A DNA stretch of 64,000 nt, from the NCBI GenBank assembly GCA_964187785.1, contig OZ076416.1, positions 24,118,001 to 24,182,000 of the forward strand. Reading direction: 5' to 3'. Shown here in pieces: positions 37,076 to 49,700 of this stretch. This DNA comes from Amphiscolops sp. MND2022. Taxonomy: Eukaryota. Below the pieces are notes generated by a model. That model did not search any database. It had not been told where the DNA came from and worked only from the letters and a program-made list of their open reading frames with translations. Both the position numbers and the translations under genes were made by a program. Within the stretch, counting starts at the first letter, position 1, and each line of letters begins with the position of its first letter.

Positions 37076-37556
37076 CATGGGATCCATGGTTGCCAAGATG
37101 TAATAAAAAATTGGAAAGATCATGTCATGGCAGCCAAAATGCTAGTAAGAGGGTCCATCTGGGTAATTATTAAAACTGGACGTGGATTTTTTTCCGCACT
37201 GTGAAACTTTAGTCGATTTTCTTTACATTTGACAAGAAGGTTCTCTACTTGGTTTTTAGATATTTTTCTAGTTTTTGGACAGTTGGTTTTTCGTGTGTCC
37301 ATAGGTTCCTTTTTTGCATGAAAACGATTTGTTCTAAAAATAACAGCACAGAATGGTGAAGAAGTGTCCATACTTTAATTTTAATTCGTGAAAACCTTGT
37401 TTTGACGGAACCACGACTGGTTTATACAGCATTTTCAAATAACGGATGTAAGTAAACGTGATGAAAAGCACGTGATAGGAGTCTTTCTTTTGGAGTATAG
37501 AGCAACAATTCTGGGTATTTAATTTTTTTTATTGTGCATAAATTTAAAAAAACTAG

Positions 37557-39035
37557 TTAGTTCTTTTTCGGTTTAAATTTGTCTCCTTTGTTGCCAATTA
37601 AACGCCTCATGCCACAAAAAACGAGCACCAATATTGCAACAACCACACATAGAGCAGCTATTTTGAAAATGAACCAAAGTCGGATAGCCCTATCGGAATA
37701 AAGCTGGTACTGAAACTCTTTGATTAATGTCGTTTTTCGTCTAGCTGCAACTTTGTTCACGTACTCGTTCAATTGCTTCACGTCTTCGTATTTCGTGAGA
37801 TCGTCACCATAAAAGACAGCTTTCGACAAGTAGCTGTCATAATTACCTAGTATCTCTAAAATCTCTTGGTTTATGCCGGAAAATGTGAACTTCAGAACTT
37901 GTTTAGACGTTCCCCATCCCTCCATAACGCGACAGTTGTAAAACTGGTCTCCAAAGTAGGGCACACAGACTGAAGGTTTTTTACGTTTGATCACGTCGAT
38001 TGAAGACAAGAGCCCGCCGTGCGTCACGAAGACTTTGACCTTTTCGTGACCTAAAAGAGTGTATTGTGGCAAATATTTACTGAAATACAGAGAGGAGTCA
38101 GAAGTTAGACCTAGGTTGTTGACCGTTGCCTGCATTCCGACACTGAGGGACCAAATTACGCGGTAACGGTTCTGGTTTCGGACTCCTTCAGCGAATTCTT
38201 GAATGGTTCGACCCTGTAAGCTCGTGTGAGTACCCATTGATACATAAATCACGTCCGAAGAATCTAAATTAAGCCAATTTGTGAGATCTTCAGAAAGCAT
38301 TTCGCTATCAGTTTCATTGCGATACCCTCCGATGAAAATTGATTCCACACTTTCATGGGGTTTCGGGTAGAATGAAGGCGAGGCGAAGAGAATGGATGGG
38401 AAACGTACAAAATGCTCAAATGGTAAGAGATTGTTCTGGGATATCACTTCCGGTAATCCTCTTTCTCGGCGTGAACTATCGATGTACCTCGTGAAAACAT
38501 CAAAAGCAAACATCCAAGCCAGCATCTCGTAAAACTTCATTCCAAGCATTTCATCGCTATGTTCTGATCCTAAAGATATTCCAGGAGACGAAACTATGAT
38601 AGGCATGTTGAAACTTTCAGCAGAAAGAAAAACGCCGAGATTTGTAACGTCTGCAATAATCACATCGAAATTGTCTCTGTTTCTTGCAAGAAAATTGTCG
38701 AAGTAAAGTGACATATTTTTAGCCATATTTATGTAAGAGTCGCCTACTATCATCAAAAAATGAAACTCGCTCTCTATAGCTGCTTCGCCTATGATCATAT
38801 TTCCCTGTATCAGGTCGAAACTCGCTCGTTTCTGTATGGGTACCAGCTTTTTGTCACAATTTGATGACGTTGAAACGACGGTCACGTGGTTGTCACGTGA
38901 GAGAAGCTGTATGATAGAGGTCATTGCCCCAAAATGACCTCCGTAACAAGGTAAAACTGTCAAGATGTTCAAAGAAATGCATAAGGGCAACAAAAAGGTG
39001 GAAACGAAAAAGCTGACCTTGATAATAGATACCAT
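37557..39035 (-). CDS. UDP-glycosyltransferase (UGT-1), membrane-anchored animal type, intronless, 492 aa from the ATG at 39035
   Basis: N-terminal signal peptide; GGH motif with the putative catalytic His; UDPGT signature (YLPQYTLLGH...FVTHGG...P..GDQ); C-terminal transmembrane helix and basic KxKxx tail (KPKKN). The frame is uninterrupted. Confidence 0.93.
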   Translation of the reverse strand: MVSIIKVSFFVSTFLLPLCISLNILTVLPCYGGHFGAMTSIIQLLSRDNHVTVVSTSSNCDKKLVPIQKRASFDLIQGNMIIGEAAIESEFHFLMIVGDSYINMAKNMSLYFDNFLARNRDNFDVIIADVTNLGVFLSAESFNMPIIVSSPGISLGSEHSDEMLGMKFYEMLAWMFAFDVFTRYIDSSRRERGLPEVISQNNLLPFEHFVRFPSILFASPSFYPKPHESVESIFIGGYRNETDSEMLSEDLTNWLNLDSSDVIYVSMGTHTSLQGRTIQEFAEGVRNQNRYRVIWSLSVGMQATVNNLGLTSDSSLYFSKYLPQYTLLGHEKVKVFVTHGGLLSSIDVIKRKKPSVCVPYFGDQFYNCRVMEGWGTSKQVLKFTFSGINQEILEILGNYDSYLSKAVFYGDDLTKYEDVKQLNEYVNKVAARRKTTLIKEFQYQLYSDRAIRLWFIFKIAALCVVVAILVLVFCGMRRLIGNKGDKFKPKKN

Positions 39036-42000
39036 GATCAAAATTAACAATAAACTGATGGCCTTAAAATTAATTTTTTTTTGCTTCAGTGATTTTCAGT
39101 CCTTTTTACGGATTGAAATACTTGGCGATCAAATCTGCGTTCGTTAAAACAGTTGAAAACTTTTGTCGTCAGTGAATAAAATATATCTGTTGAAACTTCG
39201 GACAAACAAGTGTTGAATCTTGCGTCATAATAAGGTTGCGCAAAGTTCTGAAATCAATGATTCGCCAAAAATAGTTTTGATGGCACTTCCGAACTAATAC
39301 TTCAAGTCAAATTTGTCACTGGGAGATTTTAAATTAGAAAATGATGGAAGAAACTAATTTAGAACAAGTTGCGAATACAATCTGAAGGGTTGTGTTTGGG
39401 TAAATACCAAAGTTTCAAACAAGATTGTATGTTCTGGGAGTATTTTCTCAATATTCAACGTCAAGTAAAGCTAAGAGAGTACAAAATCAAACAAATACTA
39501 AGCTGATAAACCAATATCAGGGCAAATGACCGCCAAAAGTCATGTATGTGAAAGCTTCTATTCCAGATCATGATATTAAAATGACCTCATCAAGTGTGAC
39601 CTTCAGGTGGCATGTAAAGCTATAGCTCGGTCAGTATGTAAACCTATTGACTTAGAGATGATAAAAAGTTAAGTGGTCCCTATGTAAATGGAAGAAAGGT
39701 CTAGGGGTTACAAAAAATTACAAAAAATTGAATACGATTCGTAACGTCCAGCAGCTTTGTGACAGAACAGTTTCCAGAAACAGAAATTTACCAAAACTTC
39801 GAAGTACCGCACAAAAGAAAAATGGCCGACCTGGCAGGTACTTCGAATCAGTCTTGAAGAAGAAAAACCAAAAAACAAGCCCAACCCGAGATGTTGGGTT
39901 GAGAGACATTGATGTTTCCTCAGCCTGTTACAACGTATTTGCAGCTTTTGCAGGTATTTGGTGATGTTTGACCTAGTAGGTCCCCATTTTAGATCTTGTT
40001 CCGATAATACAATGTATTTCAGCTAGTTCAATTACCTGAAATACATTGTATTATCGGAACAAGATCTAAAATGAGGATGCAAGTTGCTGTTTCTGGACCT
40101 CGGAAGCATGCATGCAGGAAGTCGCACGAACCATAGGAACCGTTTTTACAGGCTTGTGGGGCGTGTTCGGACTTTGAGAGTGTCGGCACGTCGCCTACGA
40201 GCTCTAACATGAGGAGCCCCCTCGACGAGGAGCCCCCTAAACGTCCCCATAGGAGACAATTTTGGGATCAAAAACTAGTGTCTAGCGTTGTAGTAAGACA
40301 ATGGTCTTCTGTCTAAGCAACCTAGGCACTGTCCCCGTTCTAGGTTGTCCGCTGATAGCTTGACGTTACACTTCAAGAACAAATTGCAAGAGCTTTTGAA
40401 ATTCATCATAAAGTCACTATAGTCATCAGTGACGTTGCTTAGCAGCTGACTTTTTCTTATCGGTGCTTTTCCCTGATTGAAGTTGCTTGATTTCTTTGCA
40501 GGTGACCAAGCAAATTTTTAATGATTTTATAAATCTCATGAAATTTTCCAAGCATTACAAATTCCTTGTTTCAATTGAAATTTGTCAAACTGCCTAAAAG
40601 ATGCATCCTAGGATCAGCGGCAAATTGGAGCCACGAAGTTTTGAAGCTTTCATTAGGAAGCGGTTCTATTTTTAAAAGCAACTGCTGAGACTTTGAGGCC
40701 ATTTTTTAACAAATCAACTTCTGTCACATTCTGACTGTAAAGTATCGTCATCTTCAGCGTGCAATTTGACGAATGATGAATACACAGTCGGGGAAAAATG
40801 GGGAGTCAATTACACTGCAAAATGAAGAACTTCTCTACAGTGTCAATAACAGTCCCTAAAAAGTACTGGTCCTCTGCTGTAACTGATAATTTCGTGTTTC
40901 CGTTTGGGTTCGGGTGAACAAAACTTTCTACAATTTTTCGCTTTTTTCGCTTGGTTTGAATGCAATCTTGGGTTTTCCAATCAAAGCAGCTGGTGTAGCT
41001 CCCCTTGTGGTGACAAACACGAGCGAGTTGAAGGAACTTCTTTCAACTTACACTATTTTTTGTTCGTACTTCGACAGTTTCTGAGATTTTTGCCACATAC
41101 AGGTTTCTTTTATGGGTTCAAGCATTGGAAATTTTTACGTCAAAGATCATACGGTTTAATTTAAATGAATCTAGTGAATTGGAATCGGTTGGCGCTTTCC
41201 ATGCCATAAGAGCCCCAGTCTTGCAGTGATTTCGAAAAATGCAAAAAGTAAAAAGTGCAAAAGAGCAACAAAGTACTAACTACCAGTAATTTTTTTTCGG
41301 AAAACTCTTCAGTCAGTCGTAATAAGACTGACTAAAAACATCAGAGAAATTGAGAAAGCAAAAATGATAGCAAGATGTGTTTTGCCAGTGCAAAATATAT
41401 TCCAAGAAGACATACATTCAAAGATATTCCTTCATGTATGTCGAAAAGACTAAATATGTAACGGTAACCTAGCAGAGCACGCTGAAACCACCGGGAAAAT
41501 ATAGTATAGTCCAGAGCTAGAAGAAACTGATCAAATGAGGCTCCTTACCGGGTTTTTAGGAGCTTTTTTAGTCGTCTTTTTATTGTTCATTTTGATTTAT
41601 TTTGGTTTGCAAGCCTGAACAGATTCTTTAGTCGCGTTTATAACACTTTCGGCGACTTGGTACTACGTGTTCATCAAAATTGATAAAAGTAAATCATGAG
41701 GTCCAGAAAAAAAAGCAGATGAATTTTTCTCGACGAACCGGATATTACAGATGAAAGGAACATTAGAAACCATTGTGACATGGAGCCAGCGAAAAATTAT
41801 GAAAAACGCACTTTCCCGGACGGAATTCTGGAATTCTGGCATCGGAACGTGAAAAGGTATATTTTTGGCAGTTTTTGCACTTCTTTTAACGCTTTTTCCA
41901 TGCCTCACAATATGAAAATTTGCAGAAGTACACATGTGTTGACAGACCATGTATTTCTATGCATGCTCCATGCATTGTCCACGTGAATTCCCAACATGAT

Positions 42001-42824
42001 CCATGTACATGGCCATGCTGTTTGTCACATAGAATCGCATGGTCCATGCATGGGATTTAAAACAAAACCGCATGCATGACAAAACAGCTGAATTGGTTCC
42101 GAATAAAGTCTTACAAAACTATCGGAGATAAGAATGACAGAATAATAGCTCTCCTGTCGATGGAATCTAGTCTGGAAGATACTTGCGGACTCTCGAAAGT
42201 AATTTTCAGAACCTGTGCTCGTTCAAAATCTAACCAAATTCAGTTGTTCATTTTTCCACTTCATCGACACCATATTTTAAAGAAAATTCAAATAAACTCG
42301 AATTATAACATGTGGAATTATTTGGAATGAAATTTAAATACAGTAAGAAATTGATCTAAAATCATTCTGATTGCTAAAATCATTGGAAAATGATCTTTAA
42401 CCCTGGAAAACGATCTAAAATTCATGAAACATGATTTGATAAAGTCACCAAGAAGAAGATCAATAAGGTGAAAGCTTTGAAAAAGACCAGTTCACAAGAT
42501 ATAAGATATAAATGTTAGTTCGATTTCGAGGTCCTCCTCAAAAATCAGATCTGAACCTCAAAAAATTTTTTTCAGTGCTAGCAGGCTGACTAAAACAGAC
42601 ATAACTTCGATTAGATCGATTTTGGGGTTGCATGTTTACGTTCAACTCGTTAACCGTTTGAAATTTCCTAATTAGTTAACGATCATTAACCATTCAGCCG
42701 CAAATGCACGCTATCATTCAGGAAGTGCTGTAGAAAACTACATAAAATTGTCATGTTGAGTCACGTTGAATTTAGATATATTTCATTCTTTTCATTAGCG
42801 AAGTGAACGATAACATTTCGAATA

Positions 42825-43655
42825 CCCAGGTTTTCGATCTTTGCGAATCTGTGCAGATCTGCAGGATTTTTCTGCAGGGTTCTGCAAAGATCGTTGCACT
42901 GAATCTTATAGATCCATACAGATCTGCAAGATCTTTACAGAAGTGTGCAGATTTTCTTAAAAGATTTTTTGCAGAAATATGTTTTTCTGCAACTTCTAAG
43001 GAACCAATGACCGCATTTTTGGACTTCTTTAGCTACTTCATCAACTACTTTGCTGACCAACGCTCAGTCAGTTGATATTCTCGATCACTCGAAAATCTCG
43101 GAAGAAAAATTTGTCCCCATCACGGTAGTTATGGTGACTGGAGAATGAGCCGTATTGGTTATACACCGTAATTTATCCATTTCACTTGAACTTTCCAGAT
43201 GTGGTTGTTGAACTTTGAGAAGCTCGTTTGCCTCATTGACTTCGTTTTGACGTGTGAAATTTGACATGTGGCAATCTTCTGGGTTGGTAGATGTGTTGAT
43301 AAAGTGTTGTTGTTGTAATATTTCGGGAACATGGTTTGTTGGAGTAATTTTAATAATTTCTGGTAACTCGGAATACGTTATAGTAAAATTCTGGTCTTTG
43401 TTTGGATCTGTAAAGATCTGTAAAGATCTGCAAAACTCTACAGTTCTGTACAGATTGCAGCAGAAAAATGTTTCGACATTTTGACATAAATGAGACTACT
43501 CTCGAGTTTTAAACATTTTTATTATTCGTTTGAAATCGCTGTTTGGTTTTTAATGTGTTTCTGATAAAGTCATTTTTTTCGAATCTGCACATATCTGCAA
43601 AGATCTGCCAAAATCCTGCAGATCTGCACAGATTCGCAAACATCGAAAACCTGGG
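42825..43655. mobile_element. MITE-like element (831 bp) with long TIRs starting CCCAGG, flanked by TA
   Basis: CCCAGGTTTTCGATCTTTGCGAATCTGTGCAGATCTGCAGGATTTT at 42825 is the reverse complement (1 mismatch) of the sequence ending at 43655. TA lies on both sides (42823-24, 43656-57), and AGATCT motifs recur subterminally. Confidence 0.85.
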
Positions 43656-44700
43656 TAATTTATAAAATATCATAAATTAAATTTTTTCAAATATTTTTCA
43701 TATTAGAAAAGAAAAAAAATCATGTGAATTCCCTTTGAGATGCTGTATAAAAACATAAAAACAAGACATATGTTGGTTAATAAAAAATGAATTTGTATCC
43801 AATAGGGGACATAACAATAAAGAATTCTTAAATTAGGCCGAAGCCTATTACATTACCTAACAGTTTGCTCTCACGGATTTTTAATGAAACGGAATTCTCT
43901 CAAACTGAGTTTTCCATAAACTTTGGTGTCTCTGTCATCAAGGAACAGTTCATAAAAACATTCTTTATGATATAATTATGTTTGTATGTTGAGTCCGGAG
44001 GCTTAGCGTGGTATGAGCTCCAAAGTTTGCACCCACGCTTTATTAGACAATTTTCGAGAATGGAAGTTCGATGTCTGACTTGACAATCCAATTTAGGAGT
44101 TCTTTTATTTTCAGATAAATTGAAAGTAGAGAGTGACACGGTTTTGAATGCAGGGAGTGAATTTTGCGACAGTCTCCAGAAATAACAGAAAAGTTTGAAG
44201 TCCAGAAAGTATCGGATCAGTAATACACGATATTGAACTTAGAGATCGCGCGATGAGTCGAGTTTCCGTCGATTGAATGATGATGATGTAGCGGAGCTGA
44301 ACGAGTTGGTTACAGAGAATCTTAAGCAAAACAACTTTTTAACAGAGAAAAAAAGAATGTCCCTGGAATTCGAGACAATTTTACGATGGTCCCCACCACT
44401 ACGTTCGTTCTCCATTCTAAACTACCCAATATAGAAGCGGAAAAGCAAATTGTACTAAAAATTTTATGAAGCTATAAAGTGAAATATTTTTTCCGTCGAA
44501 AATGATCATAGCATGGCGAGTATATTTGGTCAACCTGGGTTGTCAAAGTAAACCGATCGTTAGATGAAAAGATAAAATATGACCTAGGGGACACATAACC
44601 ATATCCTGCTGTTATTTGTGAAAATTGACAAATGATAAATATAACCATGCTTTTGCTTCTTTATAATATTCAGAGAGCATAAATTTTGCAAAATTGTTTC

Positions 44701-45077
44701 TGAACAAACTGCCAGATCATCACAATCTGCCATTATTTGATGACTCGCTTCATTTTTGGTACCAGTCACGAGTATCTTTATTCGTACTTCTTGGATTTTT
44801 TGTGTCAATCAAAACAATTTCCTTTGATATAAAATTGAATTAATTCAAGTTCTTCTGCCTTTCTAATAATGATCATGCAAAATGAATATTATATTACACA
44901 AATATTCGTATTTTCAAGTTTAGTACCAGTTTTGAACAAACTGCCAGATCATCACAATCTGCCATTATTCGATGACTTGCTTCATTTTTGGTACCAGTCA
45001 CGAGTATCTTTATTCGTACTTCTTGGATTTTTTGTGTCAATCAAAACAATTTCCTTTGATATAAAATTGAATTAATT
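44701..45077 (+). repeat. Local ~145-bp direct duplication (44701-44845 and ~44934-45077)
   Basis: TGAACAAACTGCCAGATCATCACAATCTGCC...ATAAAATTGAATTAATT occurs twice with few differences. Confidence 0.9.
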
Positions 45078-45824
45078 TAAAAAGATTATTCAAAATCAGC
45101 GGACCAATCAGAGAGCAGCGGCAAAAGTGTCATTATAGCAGCAGTGTTGGCGTGGAATCCAGGACAAGCACTGTCGTGGAATCCAAGAAACGCTTAACAT
45201 CAAAGAGAAATTTTGTCCTGGATTCCACGACTTTTCTCAATTTTCGTGTCCCGGATTCCACGAAAATCAGCGAAAAGCTTGCCTGTGCACTGTAATGTGC
45301 GTCGTTCAAAAGCTCCATGGTTGTATCATAAAGGTCATGAACTCTTTCCGTTCACCTCTCAATGAATGTTACTAGTACGAAACTCTGCCATAATTCAAAT
45401 TGTATTCTACAGTCAAACTTCTTCAAGCTTAATATCAACTTTTACTCTTCATACCATTCTTCGTTCAATTCAATAGTTCTTAGAGAAAATTTGAAGCATA
45501 TGAACCCAGCTTCTGACCAATTACTGTCGTGTTTGCTGTGAAACGTTAACTTGGTTTTAGTTCAACATTATTATTGTTACATAAACTGAAACTAACCAAT
45601 TGTTTCCTGTAATTTCCCTCTATTTTGCCAGGAAATAATAAAAATTTCTGCTTTGTAAAGCATCTTTGAAAAAATCAACTGACGAGTTGCCCGAAAAATA
45701 GCCTGTTTCATTGGAAAAAAGAAATTTGATTGGTGTCTCAAAATTACCAACAAATTAAGCTCACAACAGTGGAGCAGACCGCCTTTAGTTATACCTCGCA
45801 ATAAGTATATTATAACTTTTGATT

Positions 45825-46089
45825 ATGAACAACCTAATTGTTCAAATTTTATTCATTTCCATCTTTTCTTTTCCTACACTCAATGCCCTCAATATCCTGA
45901 TTGTTCTCCCCTGCTATGGAGGCCACTTTGGAGCTATGGTTACTATCCTGCAGCAGCTGTCACGTGACAATGACGTCACCGTTATTTCGACATCTCCCGT
46001 GTGTGATAAGAAACTAGAACCGATACGGAAACGAGCATCTTTCGAATTGATCAGAGAAGACATCATTTTGGGAGAGCTAGATTTGACTG
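45825..46089 (+). CDS. UDP-glycosyltransferase (UGT-2), exon 1
   Basis: MNNLIVQILF...LNILIVLPCYGGHFGAM...RASFELIREDIILGELDLT is colinear with the UGT-1 N-terminus. Homology stops at a phase-1 G|GTAGGG donor at 46089/46090. Confidence 0.9.
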
Positions 46090-46712
46090 GTAGGGTCATA
46101 GGTTTTGTTTACTTACAGCTGTGATAAGATAATGGAGCCCGTGCTGGGTAATTATAATTCGGACCCTATAGGCTTCGAACGCCTAATGATTTTGCGAATG
46201 ATAGACTTAATGCTTCTCGGACTTTTGTCTACAGTAGTGATATTATTAAAAGCAACAAAAGGCAATCTCAAAATATCGAATATCTCTAAAACAGCAGCGA
46301 TTTTTGAAAAATGATAAAAGTGGAAGTTTCTTAGATTTTTATCTAGTTTACAAATATGTTTGTTTGAAGATTATGCGATGAAAATTGTAGAAGTTACGAT
46401 AGGCCATTTTTAGCCAAATTTAGGCCAAAATTGACGTTTTTCTCACATTTGATCTACTTTTGCTCAAAATTTTTGAAACATTTTATGTTCAATTGACCCC
46501 CCTGATTTAACTGAAGCCCCTGATATGTTTTGATTGAGAAATTGAAGAAAATAAGCTGTAAAATTAGGCATTTTTGAAAAAACGTGTATTAAGATACGAT
46601 TTTGAAATATAACCACTTAAAAAAACAAGAAAGTACTATTTCAAATTACAACATTTTCGAAAAAAATAATACTGTTTGATTCAAATTGTTTGGGAGAATT
46701 TTTCTGTGAAAA

Positions 46713-49700
46713 TTTTAAAATATAAGAAGTCATAGCATGTTTCGAAGCTAGAAACAAGATTTTTGTTATGTATGAACAACTTCTCCAGTTAAAACAAGTC
46801 ACGCTTTTTGTATTTCAGCGGGAGATAATCATTAACTTCTGATGTTTGTTTTGTAAATCACTTTTCTGTTAACTTCTCTGAATACAGTTGAATTGAAACT
46901 AACAACTCTTCGTCTCACTCAGCCTCAAAAGTCAAGAGGTTATGCGGCCTTAACCAATCATCTGAAACAAAGGTTGCTGTCACTTTTCGATGAGAAGTCA
47001 GTTTTCGATGAGAAGTCACTTGAACACTGCGGCGAATGATGGCAAGCAGAAGCGAGAAGTAAGAAGTCAAGCAGAAAGAAGCAATCTTTTTTCCAATGAA
47101 CCACTACGCCATGCAGTCAGAAGTCAACTTTCAGAGATGAGAAGCAAGTAAACTTTTGAAAACTCAGACTCAAACTTTCTTGATGCTTTTGTAAATTTTC
47201 TTGCTGTTTTTCCTAGGCTGAGTAGAGTTGAGTTTGAAGTTGAGTGAGAGTATACATAGGTAAAAATTTGTTTTTGAGAAAACTTTTCGGAAGATTCAAA
47301 AAAAAGACTTCAGTGAAATTTAACTAGGCGTGACAAAAAAAAATCGTAGTGACAATTTTTCTGACAGACGTTTCGATAGCATTTCTTCGTTTTGGTTGAT
47401 TTCCAAAGTGCACGTCGCTATGCACTGCATAGCATGACGGGAAGTAAGAAATTTTCTGAGTTTAGTTTTTGCTTCAAAACGCCTGTCATTCGCGTTTTTT
47501 GTTTGTAAGTTGTTTTTTGCGACCCAGACAATCGCCCTTATATGTAAAACAATCGAAGCAACATTCTCACAAGGTCAAGGAGCACAAGGACAGGTTCACA
47601 AGGCCTTAGCGTTTTAAGTGTCTTCGTTAATTTACACAACTGAGATATAAGATGACTAACCGTACGGTACAGTCTAAGTTGGAAACGTTGATGTTTTCGG
47701 GAAAAGACGAGGATTTTGAATATTTTGCTGAACGTTTTGAAGCTCGGCTTCATTTATTGAAATTGAGAACTGTCCTTCTTGATCAGGAGAATTTGCCTGA
47801 AGAAACAGATGCGAATTTTGCTAGTGAGCAGAACAAGTTGAAAGAAAAACAGTTCGAAGTTTGGTGTGAACTGGTTCAATGTCTAGATAGAAAGTCATTG
47901 AGTTTAGTTAAAACAGCGAAACCTAACGGTACTCAGGCTTGGAAACTTTTGCAAGACTGTTTCAAACGTCGTGAACGTCCTCATATCCATCAACTTTTGA
48001 ATAAGTTAACGAACCTAAAAATGTACTCACAAGAAAGTATGCGTGATTATTTGATGAGAGCTGAAGAACTCCAGCTTAATCTAACCGACGTTGGAGAAAA
48101 CGTTAGAGATCAAATGCTATGTTCGGTAGTTCTAAAAGGTTTGCCGAACAGCTTTGCAAGTTTCGTAACTGTTTTCAAGTTTTCGCATGAAGCTAAAACC
48201 TTTGCAGATCTAAAACGAGATCTTTTGAATTTCGATAGTGATAGTTGCTGAGGTCAACCCGAACATGGAACAAGGTCACATTTCACTAAAGACGTGAAAT
48301 GTTTCAAGTGTGGTAAATTAGGCCACCGACAAAGTGAATGCAGAGCAAAAGTGTCTGTCATAGTGTGTTACGAATGTGGTGCAAAAGGCCACAAGGCAAA
48401 TGAGTGCCCCAAAACGAAAAAAAGTCGAAAACAGGAGCTCCGCGTGAGACGAGTCAAAACAAACGTTTTTACACGAAGCGAAATGAGAGTAATCTAACTG
48501 CTGAAAAACAAGGTTTCTCGTTTCATACTAGTCAAGTACATTCGACGTGTAAGATCGTAGATCTTTTAATAGACAGTGGCTGCACGAGTCACATGATAAA
48601 GGACGCTGAATTGTTCAGAGACTTGGACATTTCGAAAATGGGTAATGTTGAATGTGCGAACGGCACTGAATCTAGCATTGAAGGTCGAGGATCCGTTAGT
48701 TTCTTGGCAAAAGACAATCAAGGCCAAGATCAAATCTTGGAACTTGAAAAATCGTTGTACATTCCCCAATACCCAAAAAACTTAGTATCGATAAAAAAAA
48801 CTGAACGAACAAAATGCGAGCGTTCATTTTGATGCGAACCCTCGTATAGTTCAGGATGAAAGATGTGTTCCGTTAAAGTGCGAAAATAACTTGTTTTATC
48901 TACAAGTTGATTGTTTGCATGAGCAAAGCAATGCCGCAACTGCAAGTCTTCAACTATGGCATGAACGACTTGCTCACAATAACAAAATTGATGTTCGAAA
49001 CTTGGCAAAGGCTGTAGTCGATATGAACATAGTTGATGAAAGAAACGAACCTTGCGATGTGTGTAACACTGAAAAAGCTAAGCGGTTACCGATAAGCCGA
49101 AAAGATGCAACTAGAGCTAAAAAACCTTTAGACATAGTCCACGTAGATATATCGCCAGTAAACACAGTGTCGATAGATGAATTCAAGTACGCTCTAGGAC
49201 TCGTTGATAGCTTCAGCAGACTCGGTGCTGTTTATCTATTAAGAACAAAAACCGAAGTCGGAACGAAGCTTTTGAAGTTTATAGCTGAGCTTGGCAAACC
49301 TCGCAAGATTGTCACTGATAATGCTAAAGAGTTCAAGTTTGGAAAATTCGCTGACATTTGTTTACAGCAAGGAATTCATCAGGAGTTCACTTGCGAATAC
49401 ACTCCAGAACAAAACGGTAAAATAGAACGAGTTTGGGGAACCATCGGCGCGATGGCGAGGTGTCTGTTGAAAACAGCAGGCTTACCTGAAACTTTTTGTT
49501 CGTTTGCATACCGAGCAGCTTTCCACATTAAAAACCGGTGCCTTCACTCTGCTCATGGCATGACACCGTTCGAGAAGTTTTTTGACAAGACACCTGATTT
49601 GTCCCATTTTCGAGTTTTTGGACGTCAAGCATTCCTGTACTTAGAGAAACCAAAGCGAAAAAAACTTGAAAGTAGAGCTTTGGAAGGTTTTTTACTCGGC

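Noticed and set aside
39200-42700. Short ORFs between the UGT genes
   Set aside because: All are under 100 aa in AT-rich DNA with no recognisable motifs, probably unclassified decayed repeats.
46090-46118. Mini-intron ending at TTACTTACAG (46118)
   Set aside because: It would be only 29 nt, and the downstream sequence has no UGT homology.
45819-46124. Truncated UGT pseudogene
   Set aside because: It joins in frame to 61626 through canonical splice sites to give a full-length protein.
46091-46168. TAGGGTC...GACCCTA as the TIRs of a 78-bp element at the intron start
   Set aside because: Only 7 bp, and not followed by the 8-bp duplication. It could be chance or a remnant.
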